A DNA stretch of 64,000 bases, taken from NCBI GenBank assembly GCA_965227515.1, contig CBDDFZ010000001.1, forward strand, positions 4,006,152 to 4,070,151. Direction: 5' to 3'. The translations under genes were made by a program, and so were the position numbers. Source of the stretch: Alphaproteobacteria bacterium (lineage in GTDB: Bacteria; Pseudomonadota; Alphaproteobacteria; CALKHQ01). Positions 52,149-63,054 of the stretch are shown here, one piece after another; the first letter of the stretch is position 1; every line of letters begins with the position of its first letter. Below the pieces are notes generated by a model that saw only the letters and a program-made list of their open reading frames with translations, ran no database searches and had not been told where the DNA came from.

Positions 52149-53891
52149 ATGCATACGTCACTACATGACATCGCTCAGGCAGGGCTGGACACCGGCTTGA
52201 TCGCATGTCGATGGGACCTGTCTGACGGTCGCGTCATCTGGGGCGAGGCGACGTGCGACGATACTTGGACACAGACCATTGTCGCGCACGAGACTGTCAG
52301 CAGTCTGGCAGAAGGCTTTGGCGTCGCGAAGCACGCGCGCCATAAGCTGATCGAATCGGCAAATCCCGACAACCCGATCTTCAGCATCGACCTGCCGTTC
52401 ACGGATCGAGCCGGCCGCACCTGGCTGGTGCGCGAAGCCGGCCGCCTGGAGTTCGGGCCCGACGGCACGCCGACAGGGGCGCTGGTCTGCTATCTGTGCC
52501 TGGCCGCCGATCACCATGCCGACGCCACCGGCGCGCATGCTCCGGCGATGGACGGCCTGACCGGCCTGCCGAACGCCAACTCCATTCATATCGCGCTGGA
52601 ACGCGCGATCTCCAACGCGACCGAGTCCGGCAACGCCGCAGCGTTCATCACCATCGGCCTGGACCAACTGGACATCGTCAACCGCACCTACGGCATGCGA
52701 TCGGCCGACCAGGTGCTCGCCAACATCGGCGTCCGGTTGAAATCGCTGAACCGCGACGATCTGTTGATCGGCCGTCTGCACAGCGACCAGTTCGCGGTGA
52801 TTGCCGAAGACACCACGCTGGATGACGCCGAGGCGTTGGCCGAGGAACTGCGCCAACTGATTGCCGGCAGCCCGATCGAGACCGATCATGGCCCGGTGCG
52901 AATCTTCGGCTCGGTTGGCGTGGTCAACCTGCCGCATTCCGCTGTGTCGGCGCGCGACGCGCTTTCCGCTGGCTCCGAGGCGCTGCGCGAAGCCAAGCGC
53001 CGGGGCCGCAACACCATCGTGGTCTGGACGCAAAAGACCAACGATGCATTCGATCAGGCCGACTGGACGAAGATGGCCAAGGAGGTCATCGGCGCGCTGG
53101 AAGAGGACCGGTTCGCCCTCGCCTTCCAGCCGATCGTGGCCAGCAGCCGTGATCTGCCCACCCATTACGAATGCCTGCTGCGGATGAAGGACAGTCAGGG
53201 CGAACTGGTGCCGGCGGCCATGTTCGTGCCGGTGCTGGAAAAGCTGGGCCTGATCCGCGACGTCGACGGGCTGGTGCTGCAAAAGGCCGTGGCCGAGCTG
53301 TGCGCGTTCGAGGATCTGCGCCTGGCGGTCAATCTGTCCGGCCTGACCGCGAGCGACCCGGAATGGCTGGCAACGGCGGAGCGCACCCTGGGCGGCCGCC
53401 CCGACATCGCCCAGCGCCTGCTGATCGAGATCACCGAAACCACCGCGCTCTACGACGTCGACCGCCTCGGCATGCTGGTCGACCGCCTGCGCACCCTGGG
53501 CTGCCATGTCGCGCTGGACGATTTCGGCGGCGGCTACACGTCGTTCCGCCACATCCGCGGCCTCAACATAGATTTCGTGAAGATCGACGGCTCGTTCGTC
53601 CAGAACATCACCGAAGACCGCGACAATCAGCAATTCGTCCGCGCGATCCAGGACCTGGCGTCCGGCTTCGGCTTCATCACCATCGCCGAGCGGGTGGAGA
53701 CCCACGCCGAATCCCGGATGCTGAGCGAGATCGGGGTCGACTACCAGCAGGGCTACCTGTTCGGACGCCCGTCGCTGGAGCGTGCCTGGCTGACCGCAAG
53801 CGGCGCGAACGACGCGGACGCGGCGGTCCGGACACCGGCGAACATCGGCTCGGGCACGCAGCCGGCCTATCAGCTCGCCAACATCGCCTGA
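52149..53891 (+). CDS. GGDEF(degenerate)-EAL protein, probable c-di-GMP phosphodiesterase
   Basis: DGLTGLPN, with GGDEF replaced by HSDQF; EAL domain has ECLLR, VNLS, EITET, DDFGGG, KIDG, QQGYL. Confidence 0.9.
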   Translation: MHTSLHDIAQAGLDTGLIACRWDLSDGRVIWGEATCDDTWTQTIVAHETVSSLAEGFGVAKHARHKLIESANPDNPIFSIDLPFTDRAGRTWLVREAGRLEFGPDGTPTGALVCYLCLAADHHADATGAHAPAMDGLTGLPNANSIHIALERAISNATESGNAAAFITIGLDQLDIVNRTYGMRSADQVLANIGVRLKSLNRDDLLIGRLHSDQFAVIAEDTTLDDAEALAEELRQLIAGSPIETDHGPVRIFGSVGVVNLPHSAVSARDALSAGSEALREAKRRGRNTIVVWTQKTNDAFDQADWTKMAKEVIGALEEDRFALAFQPIVASSRDLPTHYECLLRMKDSQGELVPAAMFVPVLEKLGLIRDVDGLVLQKAVAELCAFEDLRLAVNLSGLTASDPEWLATAERTLGGRPDIAQRLLIEITETTALYDVDRLGMLVDRLRTLGCHVALDDFGGGYTSFRHIRGLNIDFVKIDGSFVQNITEDRDNQQFVRAIQDLASGFGFITIAERVETHAESRMLSEIGVDYQQGYLFGRPSLERAWLTASGANDADAAVRTPANIGSGTQPAYQLANIA

Positions 53892-53954
53892 GCGTCGTTT
53901 CCCTGGGTAGTGGCGCAGGGGGCTGTAGCGCAGGCCTGACCGCGCCGACGGGGC

Positions 53955-54617
53955 CTACTTCTTGTCCTTGCGATCCTTGGTCAGCTCGTTGAGCTGCACT
54001 TGCACCGCGTCGAGCTGCGCGCGCAGCGCATCGAGGTCCGCGGTATGGTCGCTCGGCTTGTCGCCGGCCTTCTCGCCCGTTTCCGCCTTGTCGCCCGTAG
54101 TGCCGGCGTCCCCCTGCCCGGTATCGTCGTCCTGACCGCCGGCCTGGCCGAACGGGCGGAACATCTGCATCGCCCTGTCGAACAGCGCCATGTTCTGGCG
54201 GCCGACCTCTTCCAGGTTCGACATCGGGAACAGTCCGTCCAGGGTGCCGTGCACATAGTCCCGGAACCGGTCCTGGTTGGACTGGAACATGCGCATCGAA
54301 TAGTCCAGGTAGCGCGGCACCAGCCCCTGCAGGCTGTGCCCGTAGAAGGTGATCAACTGGCGCAGGAAGCTGATCGGCAGAAGATTCTCGCCCTTCGACT
54401 CCGCATCGACGATGATCTGCGTCAGCACCGAGCGGGTGATATCGTCGCCGGTCTTGGCGTCGTAGACCACGAAGTCGGCCCCCTCCTGCACCATCTGCGC
54501 CAGATGGTCGAGGGTGACGTAGCAACTCTTCTTAGTGTTGTAGAGACGGCGATTGGCGTATTTCTTGATGACGACGGTTTCTTGTTCTTTGTCGGTTTGG
54601 TCGTGTTCGTTTGCCAT
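53955..54617 (-). CDS. phaR: Polyhydroxyalkanoate synthesis repressor PhaR
   Basis: IKKYANRRLYNT, DAKTGDDITRSVLTQII, LRQLI.FYG. Confidence 0.95.
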   Translation of the reverse strand: MANEHDQTDKEQETVVIKKYANRRLYNTKKSCYVTLDHLAQMVQEGADFVVYDAKTGDDITRSVLTQIIVDAESKGENLLPISFLRQLITFYGHSLQGLVPRYLDYSMRMFQSNQDRFRDYVHGTLDGLFPMSNLEEVGRQNMALFDRAMQMFRPFGQAGGQDDDTGQGDAGTTGDKAETGEKAGDKPSDHTADLDALRAQLDAVQVQLNELTKDRKDKK

Positions 54618-54837
54618 GGACATTTTCTCGTACCTGGATGCGTCAGCGCCGATGCGCGCAGCAATTCGGCTGACCGCACGCAACCCTGCCATGACTGATC
54701 CGCAGCCGGACAGGCCCCGCCGCGCATAGATTAGCCATCTTGTGCTGCAATGCAAAGCAGGCTTTTGCGGCGCAGCATAGACCTGCTACGCAACCGCCTG
54801 AACGCATCCCCAACCACTGGCCATCCGCACCCGCACC

Positions 54838-55272
54838 ATGCCCGCCGACACACCGCCACCATCCCCACAGGCACTTGACCCGCACGCCCTTGCGCGCCGA
54901 TACCTGGACCTGTGGCAGGACGCATGGACCGAGATGGCGGCGAACCCGGCACTGGCCGCCAGCATGACCGTTCTACTGCGCACGATGACGGCACCGGCCA
55001 ATGCGCCGGGCGCAACAGGTGAAGCACCCGATGACCGCAGCCCCGAAGGCGGGAACAGCGACACCCCGGCGCGGGCCGCGCCCGCTGGCGCTGCACCTGA
55101 TGATCGCGAACGCGGTCTTGCTGGGATCGAGCGCCGCCTGGCGGAGCTGGAGCGCGCCGTTCGGGATCTCGCCAAGTCTCATGCCAAGTCTCATGCCAAG
55201 CCTCATGGGCCTGCCGGGAACCCAGCCCCCCGCCCCGCCGGACGGCGGCCAGACCGGCGCCGCACGCCTTGA
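54838..55272 (+). CDS. Small hypothetical protein (possible PhaE-like partner), overlaps the next gene
   Basis: LARRYLDLWQDAW helix and IERRLAELER coiled coil. Confidence 0.6.
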   Translation: MPADTPPPSPQALDPHALARRYLDLWQDAWTEMAANPALAASMTVLLRTMTAPANAPGATGEAPDDRSPEGGNSDTPARAAPAGAAPDDRERGLAGIERRLAELERAVRDLAKSHAKSHAKPHGPAGNPAPRPAGRRPDRRRTP

Positions 55273-56320
55273 GGTCGCCGACGCCATAGATGCGGAGGCC
55301 CTGGCGCGGATGGATGCGTTCCTCAGCGGCATCCAGGCCTACCGCGCCCACCCCTACCGCCGCGATCTGGACGAGCCGCCGGCCGCCTGGCGGCGCGGCA
55401 ACGCCCGGCTGCTCGACTATGGCGGCACGGCACAGGCTGGCGGCCAACGCACCGTCCTGTTCGTGCCATCGCTGGTCAACCGCGCGTACATCCTGGACCT
55501 CGACCCGGCGCGCAGCCTGCTGCGCTGGTTGGCGGACGCGGAGGCTTGCGGTGCACCGCTGGCCCCCTGGCTGTTGGACTGGGGCGCCCCCACCACGGAG
55601 GAGCGCGGCTTCGACGTCGACCGTTACGTCGTCGAACGCCTGGAGCCGGCCCTGGAGTACGTGGTGCAACAATCCGGCCGCCCGTGCACGCTGGCCGGCT
55701 ATTGCATGGGCGGGCTGCTGGCGATCGCCGCCGCGGTGCGCCGCCCCGATCTCGTCGACGGACTGGTGCTGCTGGCGACCCCCTGGGACTTCCATGCCGA
55801 CAGCCAGGCCCACGCCCATCTGCTGGCGGCGACGTGGCCCCACTTGCAGCCGATCCTGGAAGTCTGCGGCGACCTGCCGGTCGACGCCCTGCAGAGCTTC
55901 TTCGTCGCGCTGGACCCGGTGCTGGCGGTGCGCAAGTTCGCCAGGTTCGCCCAGCGGCCGATGGACGGTCCGCAGGCCGCGAACTTCGTAGCACTTGAGG
56001 ACTGGCTGAACGACGGCGTACCGCTGGCCTACCCCGTGGCCGAGCAGTGCTTCCGCCGCTGGTATGGCAGCAACGAGCCGGGGCGCGGCAACTGGGTCGT
56101 CGACGGCGCGGAAATCCGGCCGGAGGCCGTGGCCTGCCGCAGCCTGGTGATCGTGCCCGGCCAGGACCGGATCGTGCCGCCGGCCTCGGCCCAGGCATTG
56201 GCCGACGGCCTGCCGGATGCCACGGTCATGACGCCGCCCATCGGCCATATCGGCATGATCGCCGGCAGCAACGCACGGACCAATGTGTGGCAGCCATTGG
56301 CCGATTGGCTTGCCGGTTGA
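55031..56320 (+). CDS. PhaC-like alpha/beta-hydrolase PHA synthase (class III-like size)
   Basis: VPSLVNRAYILDL, LDWG, GYCMGG (catalytic Cys), QDRIVP (Asp), GHIG (His). Start is uncertain. Confidence 0.85.
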   Translation: MTAAPKAGTATPRRGPRPLALHLMIANAVLLGSSAAWRSWSAPFGISPSLMPSLMPSLMGLPGTQPPAPPDGGQTGAARLEVADAIDAEALARMDAFLSGIQAYRAHPYRRDLDEPPAAWRRGNARLLDYGGTAQAGGQRTVLFVPSLVNRAYILDLDPARSLLRWLADAEACGAPLAPWLLDWGAPTTEERGFDVDRYVVERLEPALEYVVQQSGRPCTLAGYCMGGLLAIAAAVRRPDLVDGLVLLATPWDFHADSQAHAHLLAATWPHLQPILEVCGDLPVDALQSFFVALDPVLAVRKFARFAQRPMDGPQAANFVALEDWLNDGVPLAYPVAEQCFRRWYGSNEPGRGNWVVDGAEIRPEAVACRSLVIVPGQDRIVPPASAQALADGLPDATVMTPPIGHIGMIAGSNARTNVWQPLADWLAG

Positions 56321-56449
56321 ATGTGATTGTTCAAGTCGGGCCCGTTGCAATTGACCCGCCGGCTGTGCTGACTATCTGGTCAATCAACATGCGCCAACAA
56401 ACCGGGCCGCGCCATAAGCGGCCGTCACGAGCCGAGGAGACCGTTCCCC

Positions 56450-57625
<1,176 letters not shown>

Positions 57626-57639
57626 GCGGCGACGAATGC

Positions 57640-57695
57640 GTCGCCCGGGTGAAGCGCAGCGAAACCCGGGTTCCACTTCGTTTCACCCGGGCTAC
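57640..57695. repeat. GTAG-type REP doublet
   Basis: GTCGCCCGGGTGAAGCGCAGCGAAACCCGGGTTCCACTTCGTTTCACCCGGGCTAC; same family as 10501-10554 and 12238-12293. Confidence 0.8.
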
Positions 57696-57715
57696 ATAAC
57701 CGACACGACCCCGCC

Positions 57716-58339
57716 ATGACCCAATCCGCGCGGTTCTGGGACAAGATCGCCACGCGCTATGCCGCGTCGCCGATCAAGAACGTCGATAACTACAATCGCA
57801 CGATGGAGCGCACCCGGGCGCACCTGTCGGCGGACGACCGGGTGCTGGAGGTCGGCTGCGGCACCGGCTCGACTGCCCTGCTCCTGAGCGAGCACGTTGC
57901 GCATGTGACCGCCAGCGACGTCTCTGGCGCGATGATCGAAATCGCCAACGCCAAGGCCCGAGAGGCCGAGGCCGGCAACGTCACCTTCATGCGGGCCGAG
58001 CTGTTCGACCATGCGCCCGGCGCCGGCACGTTCGACGCCGTTCTGGCCTTCAACTTCCTGCATCTGGTGCCGGATACCGAGGCCGCCGTCCGCCACATCG
58101 CCACCCTGGTCAAGCCGGGTGGCGTCTTCATCTCCAAGACGGTGTGCCTGGGCCGCAAGCGCTGGGTGCTGGGCCCGATCGTCGGCGCCATGCGGCTGAT
58201 CGGCAAGGCGCCCTACGTCAATTTCGTCAATGCCGCGAAGCTGGAGGCAGAAATCGCGGAGGCTGGGTTCGAGATCGTGGAGTCAACCACATTCGACGGC
58301 GCGCCGGACAGCCGCTTTATCGTCGCGCGGAAGACCTAG
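57716..58339 (+). CDS. Class I SAM-dependent methyltransferase
   Basis: VLEVGCGTG, FDAVLAFNFLHL, KPGG. Confidence 0.9.
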   Translation: MTQSARFWDKIATRYAASPIKNVDNYNRTMERTRAHLSADDRVLEVGCGTGSTALLLSEHVAHVTASDVSGAMIEIANAKAREAEAGNVTFMRAELFDHAPGAGTFDAVLAFNFLHLVPDTEAAVRHIATLVKPGGVFISKTVCLGRKRWVLGPIVGAMRLIGKAPYVNFVNAAKLEAEIAEAGFEIVESTTFDGAPDSRFIVARKT

Positions 58340-58465
58340 CCCGCTCTTCAGTTGATCTGCGCCGGCCCGCACCCCCACCCGGCCACCCAACGGTAGAATC
58401 CTGTCTGGGCGGCCGGGTGGGGGTGCGGGCTGGTACCGACTCAGCGTAAGCGAAAAACGATCTAG
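58336..58465 (+). repeat. ~130-bp palindromic dispersed repeat
   Basis: CTAG...CCCACCCGGCCACCCA..AGAATCCTG..TGGGCGGCCGGGTGGGGG..GACTCAGCGTAAGC..CTAG. Confidence 0.8.
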
Positions 58466-58525
58466 CTCGCTTCCACCGACTATCATCCAATCCTCAGCCT
58501 CCAGGTCGATGAAGGCTCTCAGCGC

Positions 58526-58804
58526 TTACGGATATTGCTGGCGACCATGCTTGATCGTGAGAACCTCGAGCTCGGTTTCGCTCTTGATATGGTAGACCAC
58601 GATATAAGGCATTCCCGGCAATATTAGCTCGCGGGTTTCGTCCACACGACCTGGTCGTCCCATCAAGGGAAACTGGCCAAGCGTACGGATCGATTGAAGT
58701 ATGCGGCCAACATACGCCTCAGATTTTGCGGGATTAAGTTCCGCCACATATCGCTGAATTGCGGACAGGTCCGCCTCGGCGATTTCGGTGAAACTAATAT
58801 TCAA
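58526..58804 (-). CDS. RelE/ParE family toxin
   Basis: AEADLSAI..Y, FPLMGRPGRVDETREL, YIVVY, HGRQ; lower GC. Confidence 0.88.
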   Translation of the reverse strand: MNISFTEIAEADLSAIQRYVAELNPAKSEAYVGRILQSIRTLGQFPLMGRPGRVDETRELILPGMPYIVVYHIKSETELEVLTIKHGRQQYP

Positions 58805-58982
58805 TGCCGAATTTTTTCCAAATTTCGCGCTCGGAAATCATTTTCTCGGGATGCGCCTTTGCATCGGCCAATGCCGCCCGCACCTGCGCATCCCGCCATG
58901 CCAAATAGGCAGGGTCAGTTGATTCCGGCTGAGGCTGCGTAAGGTCTTCGGCGCGCAACGTTTTTTGGTCAGCATCGGTCAT
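58794..58982 (-). CDS. Putative cognate antitoxin
   Basis: 62-aa ORF upstream of and overlapping the toxin; YLAWRDAQVRAALADA...ISEREIW. Confidence 0.7.
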   Translation of the reverse strand: MTDADQKTLRAEDLTQPQPESTDPAYLAWRDAQVRAALADAKAHPEKMISEREIWKKFGIEY

Positions 58983-59016
58983 AGGCCAAGTATAGCAATT
59001 CACATGCTGGTTTCAA

Positions 59017-60159
59017 TCAGCCCACCTCAACCCACTGGCTGCCGTTCTTGGCTGAGTCGACCGCCGCGAAGATGACCGCTAGCGTGTGATGGCCGTCGGC
59101 CGCGGTCGGGCAATCGAGCGCCAATGGGTCGGGATCGTCACCCGCCGCCATCGCCTCGATCCGGTCGGCGAGGTCGCGGTAGAGGTTGCCGAACGCCATC
59201 ACCATGCCCTCGGCATGGCCCACCGTGATCCGCGAGGCGCGGTCGGCCGCCGGCGACAGGCCCTCCGCCCCCCGCTCCAGGGTACGGGTCGGCTCATTCA
59301 GCGGCGTCCAGTAGAGCTGGTTCGGCTGCTCCTGCGCCCAGCGCAGGCCGCCGCGTTCGCCATAGACGTGCATCGCCAGCCCGTGGGTACGTCCGATGGC
59401 GAGCCCGCTCGCCCACAGCCGCCCGATGGCGCCGCCGTCCATGCGGAACGACAACATCGCGTCGTCCTCCAGCGCACGCCCCTCGATGCCATGGGCGAAG
59501 TCGGCGGAGACCCGCGCCACCCGCTGGCCGGTGACGAAGGTCGCCATGTGGAGGGCGTGAATGCCGGCATCCATGGTGACCGCGGAAACGCCGGCCTGTG
59601 CCGGGTCGAACCGCCAGCGCACCCGCGGGTTGTCGGCGTCGCGGGCATCGGCATAGAAGCCGCCGGCGAACTCCGCCTTCACCACCCGCACGTCGCCCAG
59701 GTCGCCGCCCAGCACCATGGCCCGCATCTGGCGCACCATGGGGTAGCCGGAATAACCGAAGTTCACGCCGCACAGATTGCCAGTGGAGGCCGACAGGTCG
59801 ACGATGTCGCGCGCCTCGTCGGGCGTCACCGTCAGCGGTTTCTCGCACAGCACGTGAAAGCCCGCTTCCAGGAACGCCTTGGTGATCTCGTAATGGGTGG
59901 CGTTCGGGGTCGCGATGGTGACGAGGTCCAGGCGATCGTCGCGCGCGCGCTCCGCCGCCAGCAACTCGCGCCAGTCGCCATAGGCCCGGTCCGGCGCCAC
60001 GCCAAGCCGCGCGGCATAGCCGCGCCCGCGCTCGGGATCGACGTCCAGCGCACCCGCGGTGAGCGCGAACCGCCCGTCGATGGTGGCCGCCATGCGGTGG
60101 GCGGCGCCGATCTGGCTGCCCTCGCCACCGCCGATCATGCCCCAATTCAGCCTGCTCAT
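59017..60159 (-). CDS. Gfo/Idh/MocA family oxidoreductase
   Basis: GMIGGG, ATPNATH, CEKP, GHAEG. Confidence 0.9.
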   Translation of the reverse strand: MSRLNWGMIGGGEGSQIGAAHRMAATIDGRFALTAGALDVDPERGRGYAARLGVAPDRAYGDWRELLAAERARDDRLDLVTIATPNATHYEITKAFLEAGFHVLCEKPLTVTPDEARDIVDLSASTGNLCGVNFGYSGYPMVRQMRAMVLGGDLGDVRVVKAEFAGGFYADARDADNPRVRWRFDPAQAGVSAVTMDAGIHALHMATFVTGQRVARVSADFAHGIEGRALEDDAMLSFRMDGGAIGRLWASGLAIGRTHGLAMHVYGERGGLRWAQEQPNQLYWTPLNEPTRTLERGAEGLSPAADRASRITVGHAEGMVMAFGNLYRDLADRIEAMAAGDDPDPLALDCPTAADGHHTLAVIFAAVDSAKNGSQWVEVG

Positions 60160-60364
60160 GGCCGTTTCCCCTATCCTCGCCCGTTATGCATTTGCGCGCA
60201 CATATGCCGCCGCGTGCCCTATTGGCAAGAGCGACCGCAGCCACGACCGCCGCCTACCGCCGATGAATTTGTCACCGAAGCTTCTTCATCGCGTCATCGC
60301 ACGGCAAATCGACACCGCTAACACCGCGGCTCACTTCGCACTCACCACGGGAGGGTTTGAGTCC

Positions 60365-61930
60365 ATGAAATTGTCGCGCCGCACCCTGTTGCAAACCGCC
60401 AGCGCCGCAGGCGCGCTGGTTGCCGCCCCGGTCGTCAGCCCTGGGATCAGCTACGCCAACGGTCGTCCGGTCATCACCCACGGCGTCCAGTCCGGCGACG
60501 TCGACGCCTCTTCCGGCGTGATCTGGGCCCGTGCCGACCGCCCGGCCCTGGCGCAAGTGGAGGTCGCCACCACCGAGAGCTTCGCCAACGCCCAGCGCCT
60601 GGCCCCGACGACCGTGCTGCCGGAAAGCGACTTCGCGATGAAGCGCCTGCTGACCGACCTGCCGTCGGACCAGGACATCTTCTACCGCATCGTGATGGAA
60701 GACCTGCAGAGCGACCGCGCGGCGTCCGAGCCCATCGTCGGCCGCTTCCGCACCGCCCCGGCTTCCACCCGCGACGTCCGCTTCGCCTGGTCCGGCGACA
60801 CCGCCGGCCAGGGCTGGGGCATCGACGTCGACCGTGGCGGCATGGGCACCTATGCCACCATGGCGGCCTACGCGCCCGACTTCTTCATCCATTCGGGCGA
60901 CACCATCTACGCCGATGGTCCGATCGCCGCGGCCAAGGAGATGCCGAACGGCGAGACCTGGAACAGCCTGGTCGCCGAGGGCGTGGACAAGGTGGCGGAG
61001 ACGCTGGACGAGTTCCGCGGCCGCTGGAAGTACAACATGCTGGACGAGCACGTGCGCGCCATGAACGCGCTGGTGCCGACCTTCTTTCAGTGGGACGACC
61101 ACGAGGTGGTCAACAACTGGTCGGCGTCCAAGGACCTCAGCGGCGATGACCGCTACACGGTGAAGGACGTGGCGCTGCTGGCCGCGCGCGCCGGTCGCTC
61201 GTTCCACGAGATGACGCCGATCCGCTACACCCCGGCCGAGCCCGGCCGCGTCTATCGCAAGATCTCGTACGGCCCGCTGCTCGACGTGTTCTTCATCGAC
61301 CTGCGCTCCTACCGCGGCCCGAACGGCCCGGCGATAGAGGCGGAAATGACGCCGGAGAGCCGCATTCTGGGCGCGACCCAGCTTGCCTGGCTGAAGCGCG
61401 AACTGGCGTCGTCGCGCGCGACCTGGAAGATCATCGCGTCCGACATGCCCATCGGCGTCATCGTCTGGAACGATTGGCAGAACCAGGCCGGTGCCGAGGC
61501 CATCGCCAATGGCGACCATGGTGCTGCCGCCGGCCGCGAGCTGGAATTCGCCGACCTGTTGCGGTTCATCAAGTCGGCCGGCGTCGACAACGTGGTCTGG
61601 CTGACCGCGGACGTGCACTACACCGCCGCCCACCGTTACAACCCGAATGCGGCCAGCTTCCAGGACTTCAACCCGTTCTGGGAGTTCGTGTCCGGGCCGC
61701 TGCACGCCGGCACCTTCGGCCCCAACGACCTGGACATGACGTTCGGGCCGGAAGTGATGTTCTCCAAGGCGCCGACCGCCGAGCAGGGCGCGAACCTGCC
61801 GCCGTCGGACGGGTTGCAGTTCTTCGGGCTTGTCGACATCGCCGGCGACTCCGAAGTGATGACGGTGCGCCTGATGGACCGGGACGACACCGAGCTCTAC
61901 AGCGTCGACCTGGAGCCGGTGCGCGGCTGA
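60365..61930 (+). CDS. phoD: Alkaline phosphatase D family, Tat-exported
   Basis: SRRTLL; HGVQSGD, GDTIYAD, WDDHEV.NN, DLRSYR, TADVH. Confidence 0.92.
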   Translation: MKLSRRTLLQTASAAGALVAAPVVSPGISYANGRPVITHGVQSGDVDASSGVIWARADRPALAQVEVATTESFANAQRLAPTTVLPESDFAMKRLLTDLPSDQDIFYRIVMEDLQSDRAASEPIVGRFRTAPASTRDVRFAWSGDTAGQGWGIDVDRGGMGTYATMAAYAPDFFIHSGDTIYADGPIAAAKEMPNGETWNSLVAEGVDKVAETLDEFRGRWKYNMLDEHVRAMNALVPTFFQWDDHEVVNNWSASKDLSGDDRYTVKDVALLAARAGRSFHEMTPIRYTPAEPGRVYRKISYGPLLDVFFIDLRSYRGPNGPAIEAEMTPESRILGATQLAWLKRELASSRATWKIIASDMPIGVIVWNDWQNQAGAEAIANGDHGAAAGRELEFADLLRFIKSAGVDNVVWLTADVHYTAAHRYNPNAASFQDFNPFWEFVSGPLHAGTFGPNDLDMTFGPEVMFSKAPTAEQGANLPPSDGLQFFGLVDIAGDSEVMTVRLMDRDDTELYSVDLEPVRG

Positions 61931-62067
61931 CGCGCTTCCGCGCGAGGAACGTCCCCGGTCAAGCGGCCGGGGACGCCTCCGCCCAACCGGCGCAATCCTT
62001 GCCGCCGGTGGGCTCACCGGCATAAGAAGAACGGGACGCGGCAGGCACGCCGCCCCAATCTTCGAGG

Positions 62068-62877
62068 ATGCCGATGAGCGACCTGCTGCTGACCAACCAC
62101 GACCCCGACCCGTCCGGACTGATCCACCGGGTAACGCCCGAGAGCGCCGGCTGGAAGCATGTGGGCTTCGCGACCTATCGCCTGGCGCCGGGCCAGACGC
62201 TGGCCGAGGAGACCGGCGACCAGGAAGTCTGCCTCGTCATCATCGGCGGCAAGGCGACCGTCGAGGCCGGCGGCGAACGCTTCGAGGAAATCGGCGAGCG
62301 CGCCGGGCCGTTCGAGGACAAAGCGCCCTATTCGGTCTACGTGCCGTGGAAGTCCTCGTTCAAGGTGGAAGCGGTCTCAGACATGGAGGTGGCCGTGTGC
62401 CGAGCGCCCGGCGGCGGCGACCACAAGGTGCGCCTGATCGGCCCGGACCAGGTGAAGAAGTCTACCCGCGGCCACACCACCAACACCCGGCATGTGTTCG
62501 ACATCCTGCCGGAGACCGAGCCGGCGAACGCGCTGTTGGTCGTTGAGGTGATCACGCCCTCCGGCTGCTGGTCGTCCTACCCCAGCCACAAGCACGACAG
62601 CGACGATTTCCCCGAGGAAACGGCGCTGGAGGAGATCTACTACCACCGCCTGAACCCGCCGCAGGGCTTCGCCTTCCAGCGCGTCTATACCGACGACCGC
62701 TCGCTGGACGAGACCATGTGCCTGCACGACGGCGACCTGGTGATGGTGCCCCGCGGCTATCACCCTTGCGGCACCGCCCACGGCTATGACCTCTACTACT
62801 TGAACGTCATGGCCGGGCCGAAGCGGGTGTGGAAGACCAACACCGAGCCGTGCCACCGCTGGCTGCTGGAAACCTGA
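62068..62877 (+). CDS. iolB: 5-deoxy-glucuronate isomerase
   Basis: TPESAGW, WSSYPSHKHD, LEEIYYH, QRVYTDDRSLD, YYLNVMAG. Confidence 0.94.
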   Translation: MPMSDLLLTNHDPDPSGLIHRVTPESAGWKHVGFATYRLAPGQTLAEETGDQEVCLVIIGGKATVEAGGERFEEIGERAGPFEDKAPYSVYVPWKSSFKVEAVSDMEVAVCRAPGGGDHKVRLIGPDQVKKSTRGHTTNTRHVFDILPETEPANALLVVEVITPSGCWSSYPSHKHDSDDFPEETALEEIYYHRLNPPQGFAFQRVYTDDRSLDETMCLHDGDLVMVPRGYHPCGTAHGYDLYYLNVMAGPKRVWKTNTEPCHRWLLET

Positions 62878-63054
62878 CACATCACGGCGGGTCCGGCGCC
62901 ATACCGCCAGTGCCGATTTGTGGGCTTCTGCCCAACTTCTGAGTGGGCAACGTTCAAATTGACTCAACGCGCCCGCAAGACCACGCTCGCACTCCGGTAG
63001 ATGGTTCGAAAAGGTCGGCGCGCCTGCGTTGACCCACCGGTTGCGGAGCACGCG

